DNA of 64,000 bases from Calcarisporiella thermophila CBS 279.70 (taxonomy: Eukaryota > Fungi > Calcarisporiellomycota): positions 245,051 through 309,050 of the forward strand of contig NW_027192192.1 in NCBI RefSeq assembly GCF_041956535.1, written 5' to 3'. Position 1 is the stretch's first letter. Every line of letters begins with the position of its first letter. A model generated the notes under the pieces. That model saw only the letters and a program-made list of their open reading frames with translations, was not told the DNA's origin and searched no databases. Positions 39,139-50,551 of this stretch are shown piece after piece. Both the position numbers and the translations under genes were made by a program.

Positions 39139-40546
39139 TTAAGACAGTATATTCTCTTTCAAAAACCTTGCAATTCTCTCTGCTCCTTGGTCGATGGTGG
39201 CATTATGCTGGAGAGAGAAATCCGGCAAAAGGGGGAAGATGTGGATCCTCGGCTCCTCCCACATACTGACCACGACTCCTTCTTCCTTCAAGCGCTTCTC
39301 AAGCTCCTTTATCTCGTCATACAGCACCTCAAGTCCACCCAAGCAAATAAAGCAAGGGGGAAAGCCGCGCAGAGATTTAGCATAGAGGGGTGAAGCCCTC
39401 GGATCCTCGAGGGAAATGGCCGGATTCTTGCCGAGATAACGGTTACTACACCTTATCGATGCATCACGGTTCAAGTAATCGTATCTGGCGAACCGATTGG
39501 ACCACAGGTCGGGTGGAGTCATTCTACACCAAGGGGAGATGAGAATGGAGCCTCCCGGCAGAGGGAGACTGCCCTGCTCCTGATCATCCTTCGCTTTCAA
39601 GAGTTGCGTTCCTAAGACGAGGGCCATATTGCCTCCCGCACTGTCGCCAGCTATGCGTAATGCAGGCCCGTTAGAACCAGAGGAGATCAATGCAATCATC
39701 TTCCCCCATCGAAAATAACGGCACGGATTATTTACCGAGAACAATGCTCTTGGCTGGGATGCCTCTCTCCTTCAGCAGGTACCGGTAGGAGGCTAAGGCC
39801 TCCTCTGGCTGGGTGGGGAACTTGTTCTCGGGGGCCAACGAGTATTCTGGACAGAAAATTGCGACCCGCTTTCCCGTTAGCTTGCTTATTTTGTTGATCC
39901 ACCTAACGTGCGTAGGCAGATACATGAGCGCATACCCGAAAAAATAGCCACCCCCTAAATTACAAAGAGAAGTCAATTATCGAGATGCTGCTCCTCACCC
40001 CCTCCCCCTCCTCCTCCCATGAAGTCTTACCATGGAAATAGAGAATAACGAGGTCGGGCTCCTCACCCTTCTCCTCAGGCTTCTGGATCCAGTATCCTTT
40101 GAACCCAGGTTTGATATTCACACTTTGCACCCACTGACTCTGGTCCACGCCGGACAGCAGATTGCCGCCAGCAGAAGAAATGTTCAGCAAAAAGCGTGAG
40201 ACATGGTGGGGTGCGTAGAAAAGGTTTCTTAGGAACGCGGCCAAAAATGCATCGCCGAAAGTCTGTCGGCCGTCATGAAGTCGAAGCGCGTATTTTACGA
40301 TCGTGAGCGTCATTTCAAATGCTGTAGGTGAATGAGAGCTCTTCCGTATTAACAATAACATTACTAGCAAAAGTCAAGCAGCCATTCATTACCCGACCAA
40401 GCAAGACATTTCAACCCAATAGCGAGATCCTATTATTGCGCATGTTAGTAGTATTCTACCCAATGTCCGCTAATTCGCGGGTGTATTTCTTAAAAAAATG
40501 AAACAATAATGAGTTTTGTAGTACAACTCACAATCAAACTATTCAT
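39139..40546 (-). CDS. HSL-family alpha/beta hydrolase (Say1/steryl-acetyl-hydrolase-like), copy 1
   Basis: YFHG/GGY oxyanion motif; EYSLAPENKFP; GDSAGGN; ISPW; GGLEVLYD; IHIF. 5' exons MNSLI / DLAIGLKCLAWS. Confidence 0.88.
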
Positions 40547-40663
40547 GGTAGTTGGTTCAATATACTATACAATTCAGCTTAGGATGTGATGGACAACATG
40601 CTGAATGTTTCCCCGCTTTTATTTCAATTGCAGAGATTCCTCGGGAAGCATATGAAATCCCTG

Positions 40664-40694
40664 GGTGTTTCGGTCAATTATTGACCGAAACACC
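40664..40694. repeat. Perfect palindrome (15-bp arms, 1-nt spacer)
   Basis: GGTGTTTCGGTCAAT-T-ATTGACCGAAACACC. Confidence 0.95.
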
Positions 40695-40712
40695 TCGGGA
40701 TGACGTAAATTA

Positions 40713-42343
40713 CAGCCGACAGCAAAAGCATAATCACAAATCATGGATTCATATAACTTTTCATATAATTTTTGTGTAATTATTTATTAATAGTGGTGTA
40801 GCTGTCTAATTGGAAAAAAAAGGTAGAAAAAAAAAGATAAGTGACAGCCGTGACTGGGGACGCGGTGAACACACTGACTGTTGTTACTTCCTGTAAACAG
40901 TACAGTGTTTCTTGCCTAGTTTTCCACCGTGTTCTATGCAGCATGCAGTGAAAGCGCCTAGCTCATCGCTCTGATTCCTGATGCCGTCACACGTGTTCCC
41001 AAAAGATGACCATCTTACGCCGATCCGGTTACAGCAGGCATTGCTTAAGTTTCTGCTCTTACTTTTGTCGCACGCCACCGCGCAACATCCAAGTGAGTTA
41101 TCTGCGCACCAGCCGTCACCACGTTTGGCCAACTGGTTTTTCGCATGCTCGCTTACAGATCTCTTGACCTTACGTGCGTCACAACTGTTCATACAGTTGT
41201 TGAATAAATCACGCACTGTCTCCACGCAGAACGCAGCGGCCATAGCGGCTTTAGCTTCACAATACCCAGGTACGAAGCATGCTACACACCCCGCGGCTAC
41301 GACACCAGATCCTACGCACTTATTCGAGACCTTCGCGTGCGGTGGTGCATATTTGCTGGCTATGCACCCCGCCTGCTGACGTTGCTCGGGAGTCAGTTGA
41401 CGTGCTGGAACATGCTGTGTCCACACACAGACTGCAAGATTCAAAAGTATCGCTGCGATCGTGAGTGTCTTACTGTATAGGTTCGTATTGTGGTAAGGGT
41501 CTATATAAACGGCGAATTATAATAGCTAATCCTATTATTATAATGTAAAGCTGTATGATCACTACTGTAAGCAGCTGCTCTGCTTTAAGCATATGTGAAA
41601 AACAATGGGTATTCGCATGTTTTTGTTGACTTTCTCGACAATTTTTTGTGCTTTTTATATCAAGTTCTTTTTATGTTTCCGACCATTTTTTTGTACGCCT
41701 GTGAAATAAGCTTTGAACCTGGATAAGCGACCGGCCGGTGAAATCGTAATCTAGTTTACGGCCATCTTTAGTGGAAAGTGTTAGATCCCGTATTGTCTCG
41801 CTTTTCTTGTCGAAAGATAGATACCTAATAAGACTTGGTTTTTTGCTTGCGCCTATTTTTGTTTAACCTATTTGACCTTCCACTACCCCTTTGGTATTTC
41901 GTAATTATTGCCCCCGTAACACCTGCGATTTCATCCTTAAAACGGATTTTACACTCAATTTTGCAGCAAAACTTCACAAAGAATTCCAGATAGAATTCTG
42001 CGTTTTCAGTCTGCAAAAAGTAAACGACAAAAAAAGTTGTCTCGAATATGGAGAGTAATCAAAACTCTGCTAAGAAAATGAACTAAGAGCATTCAATCAT
42101 CAAAATGGTATCTTAATCCAAAAAAAAAAAACCAGCAAAATATAGATATGCACTTTTTCCAAATTCAGTACCCCGGTGAACCAGGTTTCTTTCTTTAAGT
42201 CAGGGTGATATATACCTCTGAAAATAGTGTAGGAGCTGTAGATTTTTCTCAGCATATTTTCAGTGTTCCCTAGAAAGGAGCTACTGAAATATTTAATTTT
42301 AACAAAGGATATTCATCTGTGACTATGTTTTTGCGGTCGGCTG
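40713..42343. mobile_element. Non-autonomous TIR element (Tc1/mariner-like, TA flanks) carrying a cargo gene
   Basis: Left end TA|CAGCCGACAGCAAAAGCATAATCACAAAT. Right end, reverse-complemented, TA|CAGCCGACCGCAAAAACATAGTCACAGAT (25/29 identical). Absent from the paralogous position upstream of hydrolase copy 2. Confidence 0.8.
40884..41486 (-). CDS. Secreted Cys-rich preproprotein with Kex2-type sites; C-terminal KP6 killer-toxin-like module; start codon uncertain (ACG)
   Basis: Open frame (T)NLYSKTLTIAAILLNLAVCVWT, then an 8-Cys module, KVKR, a spacer, LAKR and a 78-aa 10-Cys module GDGWCADNSLGCC...SNACC...TC...FTACC...HC. Confidence 0.7.
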   Translation of the reverse strand, partial: TNLYSKTLTIAAILLNLAVCVWTQHVPARQLTPEQRQQAGCIASKYAPPHAKVSNKCVGSGVVAAGCVACFVPGYCEAKAAMAAAFCVETVRDLFNNCMNSCDARKVKRSVSEHAKNQLAKRGDGWCADNSLGCCAVACDKSKSRNLSNACCNRIGVRWSSFGNTCDGIRNQSDELGAFTACCIEHGGKLGKKHCTVYRK

Positions 42344-42997
42344 TATTTCCGTCAGCCACCAATCTAAATCTAGAGGCCATCTTTAGGAAAATGGAGCCGA
42401 AATATCCCAGTATAGGAATATTCAAGCGAGAGGTGGCCATAGATTAGTTATGAAGTTATTTTTCGTTGCGGTTTTTACAGCCAACTGTGAGGTCATGACC
42501 GCTAAGTGATATCCTTCAATGAGACAGCAATGCTAATCTAACCCTGCAGAAGAAAGGGGCTGATATGTTGAGATAAAACTTCAGCACTCGCATTATTTTA
42601 AGGATGCATTCTACCCTGGCGTCGTCATTCTATCGTATATACCACGATGATGGACAAACTTGGATGTTAAGACATAGCCATAAGTATACACTCATTGGAT
42701 AGCTGCCTATCACAACAGCCACAGTGACCGCTGTAAAAGTTGGGCACACTCATTCTTGGACCTCCTAGTGATATAGCCTCTTTTTCATTTTATCCCTCGG
42801 GAAAAAAAACTCTGCTGCCATCAAAGCAGCTTACTCTCTTCGATGACTTTTTATTATTTTTCTTTTTGAGGGGTTTGGGGATGAAAATCGAGAGTGGGGC
42901 GGTTAGAAGCATATAAATAGAAGGCAGCAGTGAATAGGGGAAAACACGAGGATAAAACACCAATAAGAACTTGAAGGGTATACTGGAGCAGGCAAAA

Positions 42998-44406
42998 TTA
43001 AGATAGTACATTCTCTCTCAAAAACCGTGCAATTTTCTCCGCTCCTTGGTCGATGGTGGCATAGTGGTGGAGAGAGAGATCCGGCAAAATAGCGAAGATA
43101 TGGATCCTTGGTTCTTCCCACATACTGAAAACGACCCCGTCTTCCTTCATTCGCTTCTCAAGGTCCTTTATCTCGTCGTACATCACCTCAAGTCCACCAC
43201 AGGAAATAAAACAGGGGGGGAAACCGCGCAGGGATTTGGCAAAAACGGGTGAAACTCTCGGATCCTCGAGGGAAATGGCCGGATTCTCACCAAGATATCG
43301 GACACGACACACTTTCGCCGCTCTGATGTCCAAATAGTCATACTTGGCGAACCGATTGGACCACAGGTCGGGTGGAGTCATTCTACACCAAGGGGAGATG
43401 AGAATGGAGCCTCCCGGTAGAGGGAGACTGCCCGGCTCCTGATCATCCTTCGCTTTCAAGAGTTGCGTTCCTAAGACGAGGGCCATATTGCCTCCCGCAC
43501 TGTCGCCAGCTATGCGTTATGCAGGCCCGTTAGAACCAGAGGAGATCAATGCAATCATCTTCCCCCATCGAAAATAACGGCACGGATTATTTACCGAGAA
43601 CAATACTCTTGGCCGGGATGCCTCTCTCCTTCAGCAGGTACCGGTAGGAGGCTAAGGCCTCCTCTGGCTGGGTGGGGAACTTGTTCTCGGGGGCCAACGA
43701 GTATTCTGGACAGAAAATTGCGACTCGCTTTCCCGTTAGCTTGCTTATTTTGTTGATCCACCTAACGTGCGTAGGCAGATACATGAGCGCATACCCGAAA
43801 AAATAGCCACCCCCTAAATTACAAAGAGAAGTCAATTATCGAGATGCTTCTCCTCACCCCCCCCCCTCCTCCTCCCATGAAGTCTTACCATGGAAATAGA
43901 GAATAACGAGGTCGGGCTCCTCACCCTTCTCCTCAGGCTTCTGGATCCAGTATCCTTTGAACCCAGGTTTGATATTCACACTTTGCACCCACTGACTCTG
44001 GTCCACGCCGGACAGCAAATTGCAGCAAGCGGAAGAAGTGTTTAGCAAAAAGCGTGAAACATTGCGCGGTGCATAGAAAAAATTTCTTAGGAACGCGGCC
44101 ACAAATGCATCGCCGAAAGTCTGTCGGCCGTCATGAAGTCGGAGCGCATATTTTACGACCGTGATGGACATTTCATATACTGTGGATTAATGAGAGCTCT
44201 TCCGTATTAACAATAACATTGCTAGCAAAAGCCAAGCAGTTAATATTTACCCGACCAAGCAAGGCATCGCAGCCCAAGAACGAGATCCTATGGTTCATTA
44301 TGGCGCATTTTAGTACCCAATATCAGTGGAATCAAACGAGTCATTTTTGGAAAAAAAAACATACTAGAAACAATTCTGTAGTGCAACTCGCAATCACACT
44401 TTTCAT
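42998..44406 (-). CDS. HSL-family alpha/beta hydrolase, copy 2 (tandem duplicate)
   Basis: Same exon structure and motifs as copy 1, with central exons nearly identical. The first donor reads GCGAGT. Confidence 0.86.
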
Positions 44407-44603
44407 GGCAGCGGGTTCAATGCACTATCCAATTCAGCTAAGGAGGCAATGGGCAACAAGATGGGAGTATATACCGCTTTTATTACAGTAGCGGAGATTC
44501 CCCAGGAAGCATATGAAATCCCAAAGTTTATCAGCTAGGGACCTCCAGCCACCAATCTAATTCAGGGACCGTTTCTAGGAAGAAGGTACGGAAGCTTCCC
44601 AGT

Positions 44604-44839
44604 GCAAGGCTTTTTTCCCATTGTCCCCCGCGGGGGCTGCTGTCTCTCTCCTTGGCGATCCGATTTACCCCGCGGCCCATATGACCCCATTTTCCACGTT
44701 GGCGTATCTGTATCTATGTCTGTATACAAAATGGCAAATAGAGACGCGATAATAATATTATCGCGTCTCTATTTGCCATTTTGTATAGGGCCAATTCACT
44801 CCCTTCATATTATGAATATATATATAATTGGCCTTATAC
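44604..44839. mobile_element. 236-bp MITE-like insertion with a 9-bp target-site duplication
   Basis: CTTCCCAGT at 44595-44603 and 44840-44848. The paralogous site near 42404-42411 has a single ATCCCAGT and no insert. Confidence 0.7.
44723..44787. repeat. Perfect palindrome (32-bp arms, 1-nt spacer)
   Basis: TATACAAAATGGCAAATAGAGACGCGATAATA-A-TATTATCGCGTCTCTATTTGCCATTTTGTATA. Confidence 0.97.
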
Positions 44840-45747
44840 CTTCCCAGTTCAGCAATATTCAGTCAGGAGGTGGTCATGAACTAGTCATGCTGGTTATTTT
44901 TCATGGCGGATTTTACAGCCAGCAGTGGAGTCGTGGCCACAAGTTGGTATCCTTTATCGAAACAGTAATGCTTCAATAACTCTCTGCAGACGATCGGCGG
45001 GAATAGGTCGACGCGAAACCCCAATCCCTACATGCTTTTAAGGGATATATTCTACTCTGGCTCCTAAGAATAGCTTGACCAATTTGGAATTGATCTTGAA
45101 AATGAGTATAACTTCATGGTGCAAGCTAATACCCTCAGTGGATGGTTGTGTGACAAGAAAAGTTTAGAAGGGACTACACCAAAATATGGTTAATAAACCG
45201 AGACTTTGATTTGAAAGCAGCTCAGCGATGACCAAGTGCTCTCTAACATGTTGTATCCTAAGGGGGAGCATTTTGCCGATATCTCGTTTGATTTTGGGAT
45301 CAATTAAATTGCCTTTTTGCTCTTGGGAACTTGAATCATTAAGAGTCTTATAATGTAAAAGGTCGAACTTAAAAAATCATAACCACACTTGCACTAAATG
45401 CGGTAAGCGACGGTAAAGAGCTTCACACAAGTCCACCGTTGAGGGTCGGGACTATCACAGAATGTCTTTGTGCTAGATATTCGGCTTCATCTCTGCCTTT
45501 CTTGAAGGTCAAACCAATCTCTGTTCTATCGATTTGGAAAGTTGTTTTGTTGGTGTTACACAATCTCCAATTGGCCTGCCGCAAAAGGTTATCAACATAT
45601 AAATGGACAAGCCACCTTGCGGGCTACACCCTCGGAAGTTTCACGTGTTGCTTGTTCAATTTTATTTCATTTTTCTTTCTTCTCCACATTTTTTCACTTT
45701 CTCTTTGATATAGCCGTATTTGCTATAATCCAACCGGAGTGGACACC

Positions 45748-47139
45748 ATGGCTCGTTCAAAGCTCAGCTTGATCAATTACATCTTGGTTCGTGGCATAGT
45801 CCTATCGAAGCTTATTCCATTATGTCTATACTGATTTCGAATACTTCTCTCCACAGAGGATCTTCTCCGAAATCAAAGGGGTGACAGAAGCAGGTGATAT
45901 ACCCACATGTTCAACCTCGTTACCCGCGGTGGCCGCCTCTCCGCGGTGCTAACTCTATTACCTCCTTTCACAGCTCTAAGGGGGGCCATCGTCTCGCTGC
46001 AATACATGGTCGGGATTCACGATGGAAAGCGCATGTACATCGACGCCCTTATTGTAACCCTATTCAAAGTCTTCTTCAAGCACTATCTCCCTAACATGCG
46101 GGGGCTCTTTAAGGTGTTCAAAACCTGCGTTAATGCGCTTACCGGCGTCCGAGGGAAGAATAGAATCGAGCCCGTGGTAGAGAAGGGCTTTAAGGGATAC
46201 TGGGTGAAGGAGAAGCACGACACGAGGGATCCAGAGCTGGTGGTTCTCTTTTTCCATGGTAATTTCCGGATTGGAGCTCGAGGCCTCGCCTCCCATATAT
46301 ATGTATTGATATGTAGAGCTAACCTGAATCTCGGAGACAGGTGGCGGTTACGTGTTTGGGTATCCCCTCATGTGGCTACCCGCATATCATAAGTGGATTG
46401 AGAAAATACGCCAAGTAACGGGGAAGCGGACGGCCGTGCTCTGCCCAGAATATTCACTGGCCCCCGAAAAGAAATTCCCCACTCAATTGAACCAGGCTCT
46501 AGCCGCCTACCGATATCTACTAGTGGATAAAGGCATCTCGGCACGGCATATTGTTCCAGGTACGTCCTTATTTGGTTTCTGAATGGGTGACCTTGTCCAG
46601 GTGAATTTATTGTTTTCGCATCGATAGCGGGTGACAGCGCAGGTGGAAATCTTGCCCTCTCCCTCTGTCTCAAACTCAATGAGGATATTAACAATGGAAC
46701 GCCCGGCTCCCTTCCCATGCCCGGAGGTTTAATCACCGTCTCTCCTTGGTGCAGCATGGCACTTGAAGGGCCTTCACTTAAACACAACGATCGCTATGAC
46801 TATATCACCTACTCCAAGATTTCCGAATGTCGAGATCTGATCTTAGAGAGCAAGGCGCTGTATACCGATCCAAGAGTATCCCCATTACATGCCAAATCCA
46901 CTCGAGGACTGCCTCCTAATTTTGTCATTGCGGGTGAACTCGAAGGACTTTACGACGATATTCAGGCATTGGTTGAGAAATTTAAGCGAGATGGAGTTGA
47001 GGTTGAATTTTGGCATGAGCCACGAATCCACGACTTTCCCCTCATGGAAGATTTTCCTCCATGGAAATTTACCACCATCAATCGTGGGGCGGAGAAGGTG
47101 GCCCAATTCATCAACAGAAATGTGTTAGGGCAAGAGTAG
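45748..47139 (+). CDS. HSL-family alpha/beta hydrolase, copy 3 (older, inverted paralogue)
   Basis: FFHG/GGY; EYSLAPEKKFP; GDSAGGN; VSPW; IHDF. Intron positions equivalent to copies 1 and 2. Confidence 0.88.
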
Positions 47140-48123
47140 CATACTGGTCTTCTAGTAGCTTTTTTTTACCAAGCTTTTTTTAATTATCTCTAGCTCGTTA
47201 TGGCTCTTAATACATCTGAATTCGTGTATATTTATATATATATATAAACTCCAATACATAAGCGCAAAAATTATGGCAGTAGAATGTAGTCTCACAAATA
47301 TCCATGGCCACAGGCTAGAAGACTATGGCCTAGCCTAGATGGTGGTTGGGATCAAGCTGCACTACAGGTATTTCGAGGAAATTCCAGTGGTTAACTCAGA
47401 CGATCAGCCCTGGCTATTACCAGTCTGCTCTACAGAAGGTCCTTTTATTAGAGTCAATCGAACAAGCCAAACAAAGTCGTGCATTTTTCTATATTGTGAT
47501 ATTCGGCAAAAGAATAAGCCATTGCACCGCTCGCTTGGGTTCCAAGGGGATTCCGTGTGGGAAACATCTGGTTAAGCTCTCGACTTAAAATTTACAGGCC
47601 AGAATCGGACGAGACTTGCAGAAGGTAAATTTTATACAGTTTGTATCCAAAACGTAAGTTCCAGATTCTCATACTAGTTTCTAGCGTCAGCCTGATTCAA
47701 CGGTAAATAAAAGCGCTGAAAAAGAGGCTGTCATCCAGCAAGCATGACAGTTCAAATAATAAGTTGGAGAATGATTGGTATTTGAATCGCATTGGGTGTT
47801 CAAACAGATCAGTGAGGCGTGGAGAATAATGGGCCACATTCGGGAGTATTAGCAGGCCAGGTGGGAATCATTGAATTTATATATTAGGCTTTAAGGTATG
47901 GAAGCTTCTGAGTTGGCGAAGCTACAATCTAGTCGCTGCTGCAAGCACCGATCAGCTTTTCGCTGTGCAAGCATCGAAATGAATTTCAGAATCATTAAGA
48001 TGAGAGAACGTGGTCTGGTGGCTTAATTTTTTTCCCGATATTTCCCATGCTCGCTCCTTACTTTGTCGCGTGTTTCTCTTCAAAGCAATCCTTCTCTTCC
48101 AGCTCAAGCGTTCATATTCAGTC

Positions 48124-49396
<1,273 letters not shown>

Positions 49397-49596
49397 GCGG
49401 AACTTTTGTGCAATAGAAATGTGTGTTTAATAGAAGGAAAGCTTTTATATATATCTTTTATCAATGCTTAAAATTAACCAACCAGAAAAATCAAAAGGAA
49501 AAGAAAAAGAAAATGTAAAGGCGAAAAGAAAATATATAAAAAAAAAAGAAAATACACACTGTACTTGTCCAATCCAAACCATCCACCTTCTCATTC

Positions 49597-50259
49597 TCAG
49601 AGCTGCACTTCCTTGATCCCCTCCGCATCTACCAGTTTTACGGAGAAGGCTGGGAGATTAATAATGAAACGTCGTCGCAGCTCCTCAACACATTTGCGCA
49701 AGATCGCTTTGCCCTCCTCCAAAGTGATATCTGGGCGATGATACCGATCCATTAGCGAGAGCAGATAGTATGCGCCGTATCCGTGTGCAGCGAAAGGAAC
49801 TTTGGCGGATGAAGCGAGGTAATCAAGCCAGTAGAGATGGGCTGTCTGGTCGCGGGGATCGTAGCCGCCAATAAGAAGATTGACATGGTAGGCGTTCTGT
49901 AATATAATTGGAGGGAAAAGAAAATTAGTTTTCTATCCAACCCCATCGCCGCACGCCATTTTTATTATTATTACCCGACTACGTAAGCTGTCTGCCATTT
50001 CGCGTCGTGTGTAGGAGGCCACTGCTTTAGGATTGGGCTCGATGCCATTGCGAAGCGCATAGAGTTTAAGATTCTTCTGAACATACTCGGCAAATTGGAC
50101 AGCATCTCCTGGCTCCCCTGCAAATGCCATGATCGCATGATCGGTTAATGGGCGAGTTTTATCCTCATTGGACTTCATCACAGTAATGCTGCGGGCTGCC
50201 GAAGTATCGGAGGCGACAAGGACGAAATCTTTGCCTGTGAGAGCGAAGAGACACTCCAT
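49597..50259 (-). CDS. PRE1: 20S proteasome subunit beta4 (beta type-2)
   Basis: MECLFALTGKDFVLVASD...GEPGDAVQFAEYVQKN...SLRSR; second exon PYHVNLLIGGYD...AHGYGAYY. Confidence 0.95.
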
Positions 50260-50551
50260 ATTGAGTTGAGAATTTGTTGTTCGGGGACGAAGTGAAAACG
50301 AGAAAATAAATGATCGCTTTAATCGCGCTTCTCTATTCTTTTTCTTTTATTTCGTGCGTACGTGTACTCGAGGGTGACGACTGATTTCATTGAAATAATA
50401 ACAGTCCCACGTATACAAGGCCGCCCTCAACTTGATCTTTTAAAACAACACTTTTTTTATTATCTTGCAGTAATACTAGGACTTTTCATCGTTTTTAGAT
50501 CACTGCATTTGCATACGCTAATTTCCCGATTGCACTTCACGAAGATCGATA

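Noticed and set aside
41825-42016. 63-aa ORF inside the TIR element as a transposase remnant or immunity gene
   Set aside because: Non-ATG start, AT-rich and no DDE/HTH features; not supportable, though a translated search would be worthwhile.
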